From NCBI GenBank assembly GCA_964431025.1, contig CAYSIB010000001.1, positions 9,457 to 73,456 of the forward strand: 64,000 nucleotides of DNA, given 5' to 3'. Position numbers and translations under genes: made by a program. The DNA is from an uncultured Candidatus Saccharibacteria bacterium. GTDB lineage: Bacteria; Patescibacteriota; Saccharimonadia; Saccharimonadales; Saccharimonadaceae. The notes beneath the pieces were generated by a model. The model saw only the letters and a list, made by a program, of their open reading frames with translations, did not search any database and was not told the DNA's origin. The first letter of the stretch is position 1. Every line of letters begins with the position of its first letter. This document shows positions 10,349-20,161 of the stretch, piece by piece.

Positions 10349-11202
10349 AGTTCGCCCCGCCAGTTAGCAATGTCACTTGGCTCAAAAGTATAATCCAATT
10401 TCTTTCCGTACGCTTTTTCGTACGCTTCTTTTTTCTGTTCGTAATCTTTTTGCATCATCTTGATACTATTTTCTCGTACCGACTTGCCCTCATCCGGATA
10501 AATTGCTGGCAACACATGCAAGATATATTTAGATTCAAAGAACTCGTCATTATCTGGTTTCTTTGTATCTAAAATTTCTACAAAACAGGGAACTATTGGC
10601 ACATCTAGCTCTGCCGCGAAATAAAACGCTCCACGCTTGTTTGGACGAGGCTTGCGATAGTTAAACCACATTTCCTCCTCCGGATAGATCAATACTGGAT
10701 GTCCGGCATTAAGCGTTTCCGCTATCTTCTCCATAAACTGCCCCCGAATATAGCTAGCACTCTTGCAAACCGGAATATGATTAAGATAGTTAAACAAATC
10801 TCCAATCATTCCTTCCGCTGCCAAATTGGTCGCCTGAATCACGATATATGGCTCATCCCTGTACGCTTTTTTAATCAGTTTTTTCACACAAAGATTGTCT
10901 AGCGGATTAAAGTGATTACTTGTCACAATAAAACGCCCCGTCCTCGGCAAATTCTCTAGCCCCTCCAGCTTAATCAGTTTATTATAGGCTAGCTGCTGAG
11001 CGCGTTCCACTTTGCGCATGGCGGCATTTTTTAACTTGAAGCTCTTTTTCTTCCGCGCTTCATAAAACCTATCAATCACCGCCCGCTCTTGCTCTTCAGT
11101 CATCACGGCGTCGCCTTCTTCTACCTTGCGGTTAAGTTCGCCATCGGCTAGAGCTAGCTTGATATTCTGAATAACCTTGACCTTGCTTCCGCCGATAATC
11201 AT
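10345..11202 (-). CDS. PlsC-like lysophospholipid acyltransferase
   Basis: SNHFNPLD (HX4D), IYPEEEM, GAFYFA. Confidence 0.82.
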   Translation of the reverse strand: MIIGGSKVKVIQNIKLALADGELNRKVEEGDAVMTEEQERAVIDRFYEARKKKSFKLKNAAMRKVERAQQLAYNKLIKLEGLENLPRTGRFIVTSNHFNPLDNLCVKKLIKKAYRDEPYIVIQATNLAAEGMIGDLFNYLNHIPVCKSASYIRGQFMEKIAETLNAGHPVLIYPEEEMWFNYRKPRPNKRGAFYFAAELDVPIVPCFVEILDTKKPDNDEFFESKYILHVLPAIYPDEGKSVRENSIKMMQKDYEQKKEAYEKAYGKKLDYTFEPSDIANWRGEL

Positions 11203-12320
11203 TTTTTATTCCTTGTCTGACGGATTATCTCTGCACTCTTTTTAACGGCTCCAGCAATTGGCTTTAGCGGCAAAAACGGAATTGACAATGTAGTTTTTAC
11301 AATATGCCAGCCCCAACCAGTCTCCACCACTACATATTCTTTGTCACTTGGCTTACCAGCACGAATCTCGTCACCACCCTCAAACACTTTTTTGAACGTC
11401 ACTTTGTGCTTGTGTGTTCTTTCGGCATGCGCCATCATCTCACCCAGGAACTTCATATCACGCTCCAGGCTATGTGGCTCTGCCTTCACTTTATTAATCT
11501 GTTTTAAGAACGGGGAATTAGCCGCATAACGCCAGAAATATACTTCATAATCAATATCATTATAAAACCATGGCTTAAAGTATAGATTATAGTGTACAAT
11601 TCCAGGCTCTTTCATCGGCTCTACATCTTTGGCCGGCATCGCGTCCCATTTTCCAGGTAAGAGCTTCACCCTTTTGTAACACATCGCGTTGAGATAATCC
11701 TGATCTGGCGCCACTGTGTCAAAATCATAGCGAACTAGGAGGTATAGGAAGTGTTCATCAAAGCGCAAACGTCTCAGCTCCGCCAGATTGAGCAGTAATA
11801 CTCCCGAGTTAAAATATTCGTCCCTAGGAATCCCTACAACTTTTTCAATGTAATCCATGAACGGCTTATTTTTCTTAATAGAAAAGTCATTCACCGCACC
11901 AAGCAAATATTTCTTACCCAAATCAACATTAAACATCTCAGAGATATCGCCTACTACCACCGTGTCAGAATCAAGATAAATACCCTTGTCGTATTGTGGG
12001 AACATCTGCGCGATAAAAATACGATAATAAATCGTGAGTGTAAACATACTAGCATTCAGCCTAGTGTTTGGTCGCTCCGTCATAAAGGAAAGCACTTCCT
12101 TCATCGGCTTGAGATGAATACGTGCATCCTTTTCTTTCAACGCCTTTAAAGTCATCAGCTTACGCAGAGTTCTTAGACTCATTTTTTCATAAACTACGTA
12201 TATTTCGTAGCGGTAATCTGGGCTAGCATTTTTAAGCAGGGAAATAATTGACACAGAAAGGTACGGCGCGTAATTATCATCTGCCGTATAGAATATTGGA
12301 ATTACTGGTTTTTTCTTCAT
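11199..12320 (-). CDS. GT8 glycosyltransferase
   Basis: DDNYAPY, YYRIFI, YLDSD, FNSGVLL, DQDYLN, HY..KPW; SD gaaggagg before ATG 12320. Confidence 0.9.
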   Translation of the reverse strand: MKKKPVIPIFYTADDNYAPYLSVSIISLLKNASPDYRYEIYVVYEKMSLRTLRKLMTLKALKEKDARIHLKPMKEVLSFMTERPNTRLNASMFTLTIYYRIFIAQMFPQYDKGIYLDSDTVVVGDISEMFNVDLGKKYLLGAVNDFSIKKNKPFMDYIEKVVGIPRDEYFNSGVLLLNLAELRRLRFDEHFLYLLVRYDFDTVAPDQDYLNAMCYKRVKLLPGKWDAMPAKDVEPMKEPGIVHYNLYFKPWFYNDIDYEVYFWRYAANSPFLKQINKVKAEPHSLERDMKFLGEMMAHAERTHKHKVTFKKVFEGGDEIRAGKPSDKEYVVVETGWGWHIVKTTLSIPFLPLKPIAGAVKKSAEIIRQTRNKK

Positions 12321-13135
12321 TTTACCTCCTTCATTTTTTTCCATTCTTCTAATATATCGTCGATTTCATAGCAATTTAATTCTCCATGCAGAGCCTTTTC
12401 ATTCCAAGGCTTAATAGAAATAACCTTAAAATACGGGAAAAACTGAAAAGTATTAGAAAAATGTCGAAACACCGTGTCTCTTGTAATTTCTTTTTGATTA
12501 TTAAACTTGGTCGGAACTATTTTCTTATAGTGCGAACAAAAGTTAAGCGCACTCTGGTCCGGCATCACCATCGGATAGCGCTTGCAAGCTCTCCGCGCCC
12601 GCTTGAATAGCCCTGTTTCTCTAATTTTCTTCAGGTTCATCAATAGTACGCCAGAATTAATATAGCGTTTCTTCCCAAATGGTACGCGGTAGATATTAGA
12701 ACCATATCTATCTAGTACACCTGCCATCTCATATCTGTCCATATTCATGTCGTACAGCTCACTTGGGTCGTTCAAGCAGACTACATCAGTATCAAGATAG
12801 AGAATCTTATCCGGCAAGCCCAATTCATCTGTGTATAATCTTAGCATACAATACGGCGTGAAATACGTTCGCATATTAGCCGTAGCCGGCTCTTTTTTGA
12901 ACTGTTCACCAATATCTAGAATTGTTAGGGAATTACGCGCGTCAGCAGCTTTTAGCTTTTTTGCTAATTCTTTTACATCTGTTTCAGTTATCTTTTGGTA
13001 ACGTTTGCGTTTATTAGCGTAATCCATTGTCAGAACAAAAATATTCAGTGGCGCTTTGGCGTTTTTAATCAGGGAAAGCGTCGCAATCGTCACCCCCTTA
13101 ACGATGCCTTTATCGCCACAAAATAAGATATTCAT
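12317..13135 (-). CDS. GT8 glycosyltransferase
   Basis: LYLDTD, INSGVLLMNL, DQSALN, KPW. Confidence 0.87.
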   Translation of the reverse strand: MNILFCGDKGIVKGVTIATLSLIKNAKAPLNIFVLTMDYANKRKRYQKITETDVKELAKKLKAADARNSLTILDIGEQFKKEPATANMRTYFTPYCMLRLYTDELGLPDKILYLDTDVVCLNDPSELYDMNMDRYEMAGVLDRYGSNIYRVPFGKKRYINSGVLLMNLKKIRETGLFKRARRACKRYPMVMPDQSALNFCSHYKKIVPTKFNNQKEITRDTVFRHFSNTFQFFPYFKVISIKPWNEKALHGELNCYEIDDILEEWKKMKEVK

Positions 13136-13149
13136 AACTATATTATAGC

Positions 13150-13380
13150 TTATTTCTGACGTTTTTCTACGTAAGCTACAATATCGCCCACGGTCTGTAA
13201 GTTTTTGAGCTCCTGATCTGGAATCTCAAAATTGTATTTATCTTCAAAGGCTGTAACTAGGTCGACTAAATCAATCGATTCTACGTTGAGGTCACGAGCC
13301 AGATCAGTATCGTCCTTTAGCTCATCTTTATCAATCTCTAGGGTCTCGGCTATTAAATCAATAACTTCTTGTTTCATCAT
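13150..13380 (-). CDS. acpP: Acyl carrier protein
   Basis: 76 aa acidic; DLNVESIDLVDL with phosphopantetheine Ser; FEIPD, TVGDIV. Confidence 0.88.
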   Translation of the reverse strand: MMKQEVIDLIAETLEIDKDELKDDTDLARDLNVESIDLVDLVTAFEDKYNFEIPDQELKNLQTVGDIVAYVEKRQK

Positions 13381-14938
13381 TTTCCTCCATGATTTTTGAA
13401 CGAATTATTTTTTGACTACTGTTTTTGATAAACTCAGTTGTACGCAAAGAAATGCGCGCAACTTTGCGATTTCTTGGCTTACTATAATTATAACGCCGAC
13501 GCAGGGTTTCGAAGTAAATTTTATCGCCAATCCGGTCTTCTTCTGGGAAAATCATCAGACAAATTTCGTCATTTTTGCCGTATGCCACTACTTCGCGCAC
13601 GCCTTTAAACTTCATAAAGTCCGACTCAATCGTTTCTGGACTAACGTTCTCGCCGTTGCTCAAAATAATCGTATTCTTAATCCTACCCGTGATAAAGATA
13701 AAACCGTCACGATTAATCTTGCCAAGGTCTCCAGTATGGAAATAGCCCTCTTGTGGCTTGATTTTACCTTTCTCATAATATCCTAACATAACGTTATCGC
13801 CCTTGGCGCAAATTTCTCCGTCAAAAATCTTCACGTCTACGCCCCGACAAGGCACACCCACACTTCCATCTTTATAGTATTTATTACGATTAACAGATAA
13901 TACCGGCGAACACTCCGTAATACCATAGCCATTTAAGATATCAATTCCAATCGTACGGAACCATTTCACATAAATCGGATCGAGGTATGCCCCTCCACAA
14001 ATAATATGCCTAAGTTCTCCACCGAATTCCTTTAAAACACTCCTTGCTACCACTCGGCGCACGTCCAAGCCAACGTGTTTTAAATTTTTAGAAATTGTCA
14101 GAATCATCTTTAGAGCCTTATCTTTGTGTTCTGTTCTAGCTTTTCGCCAAATTTGACGATAAAAAGCTTCCACAAACGCTGGCACGAGGAAAATAGTCTC
14201 TGGCTGATGCTCTTTCATGGCGTCCGTAAAGCGTTTCAAACTACTACAAATATAGGTATCACAGCCATAATATGCTGGCATCATAATCGCCGTCACTAAA
14301 CCGAAACTGTGATGGAATGGCAAAATACTCACCGTCGCACCACCCGGTTGATAAATCGACGACGCCCCATAAATATCTGCCGTAATATTTTTTTCTGATA
14401 ATGCTACGCATTTATGAGCGCCAGTAGTGCCCGAAGTAAAGAAGATTACTGCCGGGGCATCAGCCACTGGTTTGTGAGCGTTCTTGTATTTCTTGCCAAG
14501 CTTAATTTTCCGCGCTGTATCTTCTAATTTTTGCGTTTTGAACTTCAGCTCACTAGCAAACGGCAAGTATTTTTCGCTATAAAACAGTGTATCGCAATCT
14601 GCCGATTTCAATAACTTTAGAAGTAGTTTTTCGTCGCAATCTTTATCAATCGGCACCGCCACGTTTCCAGATAGCACAATCGCCATAAAAGTCACAATCC
14701 ACTCGTAGCTATTTTCGCCACAAATTGCCAAATGTTTTCCAGCGTAATTTTTATTTAAAAACCCTGCTAAACTCTTCACGTCCGCCACAAATTCAGGATA
14801 AGTCTTTTTGACTAGCTCTTCGCCACTATGGAAAGAAAACGCCACACGCTTGTGATACCGATTTTCGAGAAGATCCAAAAACTCTGCAAAGTTTTTGACT
14901 TTTTTATGCTTGTAATAAGGATAGTTTTTCTTGAGCAT
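13358..14938 (-). CDS. AMP-binding long-chain fatty acyl-CoA/acyl-ACP synthetase
   Basis: FTSGTTG, GYGITECSP, FHTGDLG, GRIKN, NGENVSPE. Confidence 0.9.
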   Translation of the reverse strand: MLKKNYPYYKHKKVKNFAEFLDLLENRYHKRVAFSFHSGEELVKKTYPEFVADVKSLAGFLNKNYAGKHLAICGENSYEWIVTFMAIVLSGNVAVPIDKDCDEKLLLKLLKSADCDTLFYSEKYLPFASELKFKTQKLEDTARKIKLGKKYKNAHKPVADAPAVIFFTSGTTGAHKCVALSEKNITADIYGASSIYQPGGATVSILPFHHSFGLVTAIMMPAYYGCDTYICSSLKRFTDAMKEHQPETIFLVPAFVEAFYRQIWRKARTEHKDKALKMILTISKNLKHVGLDVRRVVARSVLKEFGGELRHIICGGAYLDPIYVKWFRTIGIDILNGYGITECSPVLSVNRNKYYKDGSVGVPCRGVDVKIFDGEICAKGDNVMLGYYEKGKIKPQEGYFHTGDLGKINRDGFIFITGRIKNTIILSNGENVSPETIESDFMKFKGVREVVAYGKNDEICLMIFPEEDRIGDKIYFETLRRRYNYSKPRNRKVARISLRTTEFIKNSSQKIIRSKIMEENDETRSY

Positions 14939-14999
14939 TATGGGACTATTTTACCACAGTTTATTAGCGGAATAAAAAGATTGATGCTATAATTATCTT

Positions 15000-16193
15000 A
15001 TGAATCAAAAACCCGGTGGGCACCCTCTAGGCGACCAGAGTCGCAAAACCGCTACAGAAATTGTGCGCAGAAAAGTTCTTGCGGCTTATAATTCTGAAGC
15101 AAAAAACGCCCGCGCCGGTGTCCGCGACCTCGGTAAAACCGCCAGAAATCTCTATCTTGGTACTTATAAAGACACACCAATTTCTACTAACGTGGCCCAC
15201 AGAAAAGATACTGCTCCCGACTGGCAAAAATATCATAGCGCCTGGCAAAATTACTATCAGAAATATTACAGCGATTATTATTCCAAGGCTGCTAAATCTT
15301 ACCTAGAAAACGAAAAGCTAAAATCCGACCGCCGTGAACATGATGCCACCGTACTTGAGACTCCACAGCTTGCTACCAATCCAACCGATGAAGAAGAACA
15401 GGGAATTATCAGTTCCTTAAAGTCCACTATTCGGCGTCGCGCCACCTCCAAGGCCAAAGTTTCCAAACGTTTCAAAAAATTCATCCCCCTTTTTGCTGGC
15501 GCGCTCGTTGTGCTACTGATTTTATTCTTACAATATAACCGCCTGATTTTTGCACCAATCATGGCTTATGTTTCTCCGGGTAATTCCGAGGACAATGGCA
15601 TTTCTGCCATCGATCCAACTATTTCCACTGCTGTTGGCGCTGATAATCGCCTCATTATCCCAAAGCTAAATGTCGACGTACCAGTCAACTTTGGCATCGC
15701 CAATGACACTAACACTATTAATATGGCCATGGAAAACGGCGTCGCCCAGTTTTCTATTCCAGGCGCTTCCGCTATGCCGGGGGAAATTGGCAACCTCGTC
15801 ATCACTGGTCACTCCGCTGGCGACATTTATAGCAATAATCAATACAAGTTCATCTTCTCTGGCCTAGAACGCCTCACTGCCGGCGATCTCGTCTACATCG
15901 ATTATCAAGGTACTCGCTACACCTATTCTGTTACTAAAAAAGAGACCGTCGAGCCAACCGACGTCGCCGCACTAGTTTATGAGACTAGCAAGCCAATGCT
16001 CACCCTTATCACCTGTACTCCGCTTGGCACTTCTCGTTATCGCCTCCTTGTTACTGCCGAACAAGTTAACCCTGTCCCATCCGGCGCTACCCAAGCCGAA
16101 TACACTGAAGACGCCGGAGTTGGCGAGGCCATGCCAGAAAACGAACCAACCTTCTTCGAAAGAATCTGGCGCTGGTTAACTGGTCAAAACTAA
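15000..16193 (+). CDS. Sortase with long cytoplasmic N-terminal extension
   Basis: TM segment then LVITGHS, TLITCTP and catalytic Arg in SRYRLLV. Confidence 0.9.
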   Translation: MNQKPGGHPLGDQSRKTATEIVRRKVLAAYNSEAKNARAGVRDLGKTARNLYLGTYKDTPISTNVAHRKDTAPDWQKYHSAWQNYYQKYYSDYYSKAAKSYLENEKLKSDRREHDATVLETPQLATNPTDEEEQGIISSLKSTIRRRATSKAKVSKRFKKFIPLFAGALVVLLILFLQYNRLIFAPIMAYVSPGNSEDNGISAIDPTISTAVGADNRLIIPKLNVDVPVNFGIANDTNTINMAMENGVAQFSIPGASAMPGEIGNLVITGHSAGDIYSNNQYKFIFSGLERLTAGDLVYIDYQGTRYTYSVTKKETVEPTDVAALVYETSKPMLTLITCTPLGTSRYRLLVTAEQVNPVPSGATQAEYTEDAGVGEAMPENEPTFFERIWRWLTGQN

Positions 16194-16200
16194 TAATTAA

Positions 16201-17577
16201 TTATTCAATAATCTTTTCACGAGTCAGATTAGTTTTGTTTTCACTGACCGTTAAATAATATAGCCACTTATTATTACGTGTAATCATCGCTGGACCGTCC
16301 GCCTTGGTAATCTGACGTTTATTAGTACCGTCAAAGTCCATCACAATTAGATTTCCATCCACAATCTCTCCCACCATATAGCCATCCACTAGGAAGCTGT
16401 TTTCCGTGTCTAGAACGTACTGGTGAACTTTCCTAGCTTCCGCATCAAAGACCGCTACGTTTTTACCGTCGCGCGCCACAATTAGCTCATTATTACCATA
16501 AGCTTCTAGCGAGCTAGGCGTAAAACCAATCTCAATTTCCAGAGCCTTCTCCATATCGCTCAATTTGCGCTCTGCATTTGGTAGATCACCAGTATATACT
16601 GTCATCTTATTATTTTCCGTAATGATTATATATTTATTCCCAATATACTCAGAGATTGTAGTGTTAACCAAGGTGTCAGCATTATATTCCGCAACCTGCG
16701 TGACGTTATCTCCAGAAATAATACCTAGCTGCTGCTTTGTATTTAGATAAATAATGTAGTCTCCTTCGTTATTATATTTTTTAACATTTTCCGCCAAGAC
16801 TTGAGAAACAGTCTTTCCGCTAAGCGCAACCGTCCTGACATTTCCATTTTCGAGAACCGCTAGCTTGTCTCCGCTTTCTGACATAAATTTCATATCAGAA
16901 AAGTTCATCGCAAATTCCTTGGTCAGATTCACGCTCTCCTTAGGATTTTTGACATTGATAAGTAGCCATTCTGTCTCATTCTTTCGAAGAGCCTTCACTA
17001 GCAATTTTTCGCTGTTATCACTCCACACTACGCTTAAGGTATCTAAATCTTTTGTTAGCTCAGCGACATCTAACTCCGTATCTACCGCATCATCACCGCG
17101 CAAATCCAGATAATGCCAACCCGTCTGATTAATCAAAATCGCATAATCACGATTTGGTGTCGGAATAAAGAAATTCGCTATTCCGTCAAATTCTTCCATC
17201 GTTTCTGGCGTGCGGTCTTGATAAAACAGGCGCATATATTCCAGCTTCAATAGTCGCCCAGATTCGCTGGTAATAGTCTTTTCCCAGCTATCGTAGCCGT
17301 CCTTAGTCAATTTAATAGTATGGTCGCCCGCCGAGAGCATCCGAGAAGCCGTAGTACGCGGCAAAATCGTATCGCCATCAATCGTAATACTTGCGCCCGA
17401 CGGAAAACTCCGGAGCTGTACCAAGCCCGACTGACCCAGTTCACCATTTTTGTCCAGGTTATAGCCCATAGCCACAAAAGTCAAAATCACCGCTGTGACG
17501 ATGATTACCATTACCATAATTGTTTCTGTGATAAGTAAGCGCACGGTCTCCATGTGCTTTTTGTGTTCGCGATCCAT
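16201..17577 (-). CDS. PEGA-domain membrane-anchored protein
   Basis: N-terminal TM, GLVQLRSFPSGASITIDG...KDGYDSWEK PEGA pattern, beta-rich remainder; start set by -10/N6/ATG. Confidence 0.75.
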   Translation of the reverse strand: MDREHKKHMETVRLLITETIMVMVIIVTAVILTFVAMGYNLDKNGELGQSGLVQLRSFPSGASITIDGDTILPRTTASRMLSAGDHTIKLTKDGYDSWEKTITSESGRLLKLEYMRLFYQDRTPETMEEFDGIANFFIPTPNRDYAILINQTGWHYLDLRGDDAVDTELDVAELTKDLDTLSVVWSDNSEKLLVKALRKNETEWLLINVKNPKESVNLTKEFAMNFSDMKFMSESGDKLAVLENGNVRTVALSGKTVSQVLAENVKKYNNEGDYIIYLNTKQQLGIISGDNVTQVAEYNADTLVNTTISEYIGNKYIIITENNKMTVYTGDLPNAERKLSDMEKALEIEIGFTPSSLEAYGNNELIVARDGKNVAVFDAEARKVHQYVLDTENSFLVDGYMVGEIVDGNLIVMDFDGTNKRQITKADGPAMITRNNKWLYYLTVSENKTNLTREKIIE

Positions 17578-17678
17578 AACATTATTATACAATATTAATT
17601 TTGTATAAAAAAGTTATTGCTTTTTTATTGCGCCTGCGGTTATAATAAGAATAACCTATTTGTGGAGTGTAATAAGAG

Positions 17679-18578
17679 ATGACAAAAATTCAAATTGATG
17701 ATGGTAAGGATGATTCGGCAAAAAAAGCTTCTGCTAAATCTACCCCAGCCAAAAAGGTGAAGAAAATCACCGTTACTGATGCGCCATCTGTTCATTCTAC
17801 TGTCCAGAAATCGACTACTCTTTCTCGTCGCTACGTCAAAAAACCAGTCGCCAGAAAGAAGACCGAGACAGTCAAGAAGCCAGAGGCAGTCAAGAAGCCA
17901 GAGCCAGCCAAAAAAGCTATTTCCGTTAAAAAGGCCAGACTCGCCCAGATAAAGGCAGAGAAAGCTGCTGCCAAAGCCGCCAAAAAGGCCGTCAAAGTCG
18001 CTAAAAAGGCTAGCAAGAACGACCGTGCTATCAGGTCCGCTTCAACTGTTATTTCTAAAATGGCCGATGAACCTGTCAAAAAAGCTCCAAAAATGGAGCG
18101 CGAGTTCAAGAAGAAAAACAAAGCTGGCCGTATTTTCTTGGCCCTAATCTGTTCTGGCGCCACTGTTGCCGCGCTGGTCGCTTTTGTCCATTTTAGTATC
18201 CCAGATCTGTCTGTCCGCGTCGCCGCTATCCAAACTGGCATCGATGCCGCCTACCCTACCTTCGTTCCTAGAAATTACAGCTTATCCAACGTCACTTCCG
18301 ACAAAGAAGGCGTCGTCATTATGACCTTTAACGGTCCAGAAGGCGCTTCTTTCACCTTATCAGAAGAAAAATCCACCTGGGATAGCACCGCGCTTCTTAA
18401 TAACTACGTCAAGAAAAATTATCCAAATGATTTCACTACCCTCCGTGAACAGGGCATCACTATCTATGTCCGCGGCGAAAAGGCTTCTTGGGTCTCCGGC
18501 GGTCTGCTTTACAAGATTGACGCTACCGGCAAATATCTTACCAAAGAGCAAATCCGAAATATTGCTACATCTCTGTAA
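17679..18578 (+). CDS. Hypothetical membrane protein, Lys/Ala-rich N-terminus, C-terminal extracellular domain (DUF4367-like)
   Basis: Low-complexity basic N-half, single TM, YPTFVPRNY motif. Confidence 0.6.
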   Translation: MTKIQIDDGKDDSAKKASAKSTPAKKVKKITVTDAPSVHSTVQKSTTLSRRYVKKPVARKKTETVKKPEAVKKPEPAKKAISVKKARLAQIKAEKAAAKAAKKAVKVAKKASKNDRAIRSASTVISKMADEPVKKAPKMEREFKKKNKAGRIFLALICSGATVAALVAFVHFSIPDLSVRVAAIQTGIDAAYPTFVPRNYSLSNVTSDKEGVVIMTFNGPEGASFTLSEEKSTWDSTALLNNYVKKNYPNDFTTLREQGITIYVRGEKASWVSGGLLYKIDATGKYLTKEQIRNIATSL

Positions 18579-18596
18579 AAGTGTTATAATTCTTGC

Positions 18597-20114
18597 ATGA
18601 ATATCACTCGTTTTGCGCCTAGTCCAACTGGCTATATTCACCTTGGTAACGTGCGCAGTGCAATCTACCCATATTTAATTGCCAAACAATCTGACGGTGG
18701 CAAGTTTATTTTGCGTATCGAAGATACTGACCAAGCTCGTTATGTTGCTGGTGCTACTGATCTAATTTTGGAAACTCTAACCTGGCTCGGACTAGATTGG
18801 GACGAGGGTGTCGCCAAAGGCGGTGACCATGGCCCTTATTATCAGAGCGAGCGTCGTGACATTTACCACGAATACGCCAGGAAGCTCATCGCCGCTGGCC
18901 GTGCTTATGCTGACCCTACTCCATCCGAAACTATCGACGAGTATCGTAAGGCCGACAACGCTGCCAAGATTCCTTATCTATACCGCAACCACCGCCCAGA
19001 CATGAATACTGCTTGGGAGCCAGGCATCCCACTTCGTTTCAAATCTGAACCAAAAACCGTTTCATGGCACGACGAAGTCATGGGCGATCTTTCTACTGGA
19101 CCAGAAGTCATGGACGATATCATCTTAATTAAAAAAGACGGTCTCCCAACCTATAACTTTGCTCATATCGTAGATGATCTCGAGATGGGCGTCACTCACA
19201 TCGTCCGCGGCGTAGAATATCTTTCTAGCATGCCAAATTATCTCGCGCTCTATGAAGCCCTCGGTATTGAGCATCCAAAATTCGTTTCACTCCCTCACGT
19301 TCTTGCTCCACAAGGGAATAAGAAACTTTCCAAACGCGACGGCGCCAAATCTGTCATTGATTACAAAGATGAGGGTATCTTGCCAGAAGCCATGCTAAAC
19401 TATCTTGCTTGCCTTGGCTGGAACGACGGTACTGAACAAGAAATTTACTCAAAAGCCGACCTATTAAAATCCTTTAGCATTGATCGCATTCAGAACTCTG
19501 GCGCACGCTTCGACGAAGTAAAACTCCTCTGGCAAAACGGCCAATGGATTCGCAAAATCTTTGACGAACAGGGTGTAGACAAACTTTATTCCCGTACCAT
19601 TTCCACCGATAAGGCCTCAATTGATAGCAATAACATTAACCCTACCAGAAATTCTCTGATTAATTTCTGGCCAGAATCTGCCGATAGCTATCCAGAAGAA
19701 TATAAAAAGGCCGTTCTTTCTATTATCTATGACCGCCTCAAAACCCTCTCTGATCTAAAGACCTTTACTACTTATTTCTTCGAAGAACCACAGATTAACC
19801 TTGAGTTTTTGCAGGGAAATAAATTTATCAAGAAGCTTTCCGAAACCGAGCAGCGTGATTTGTTAACCGCTACCATCGAAAAACTCCAGTCAATCTCAGA
19901 AGAAAACTGGAACAAGGACAATCTCCAAACTGCCTTTAATGAACTTCTAGAAGAAACGGGTCAAAAGCCTGCTCAGCTCTTCTCACTCGTCCGAATTGCC
20001 ATTTCTTTTGCTGACTTCTCTCCAGCCCTACATCTTACCTGCGAAGTGCTTGGACGCGACCGCACGCTTGCTCGCCTGAACGCTACTCGCTCTGCTGTAG
20101 TTAACGATTTATAA
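18597..20114 (+). CDS. gltX: Glutamate--tRNA ligase
   Basis: RFAPSPTG, HLGN, RIEDTD, KLSKR. Confidence 0.96.
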   Translation: MNITRFAPSPTGYIHLGNVRSAIYPYLIAKQSDGGKFILRIEDTDQARYVAGATDLILETLTWLGLDWDEGVAKGGDHGPYYQSERRDIYHEYARKLIAAGRAYADPTPSETIDEYRKADNAAKIPYLYRNHRPDMNTAWEPGIPLRFKSEPKTVSWHDEVMGDLSTGPEVMDDIILIKKDGLPTYNFAHIVDDLEMGVTHIVRGVEYLSSMPNYLALYEALGIEHPKFVSLPHVLAPQGNKKLSKRDGAKSVIDYKDEGILPEAMLNYLACLGWNDGTEQEIYSKADLLKSFSIDRIQNSGARFDEVKLLWQNGQWIRKIFDEQGVDKLYSRTISTDKASIDSNNINPTRNSLINFWPESADSYPEEYKKAVLSIIYDRLKTLSDLKTFTTYFFEEPQINLEFLQGNKFIKKLSETEQRDLLTATIEKLQSISEENWNKDNLQTAFNELLEETGQKPAQLFSLVRIAISFADFSPALHLTCEVLGRDRTLARLNATRSAVVNDL

Positions 20115-20161
20115 ACCACTCAAAATTCGCCAAATCTTTCTGCTTATGCTAAACTAGTACT

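Noticed and set aside
8393-14990. Lipid cluster as an island integrated at tRNA-Leu
   Set aside because: No duplicated tRNA 3' end at the far boundary and no integrase.
19600-19680. Palindromic insertion in gltX (ccagaaatt/aatttctgg)
   Set aside because: The stem is only 9 bp and could be chance; an insertion cannot be established without an alignment.
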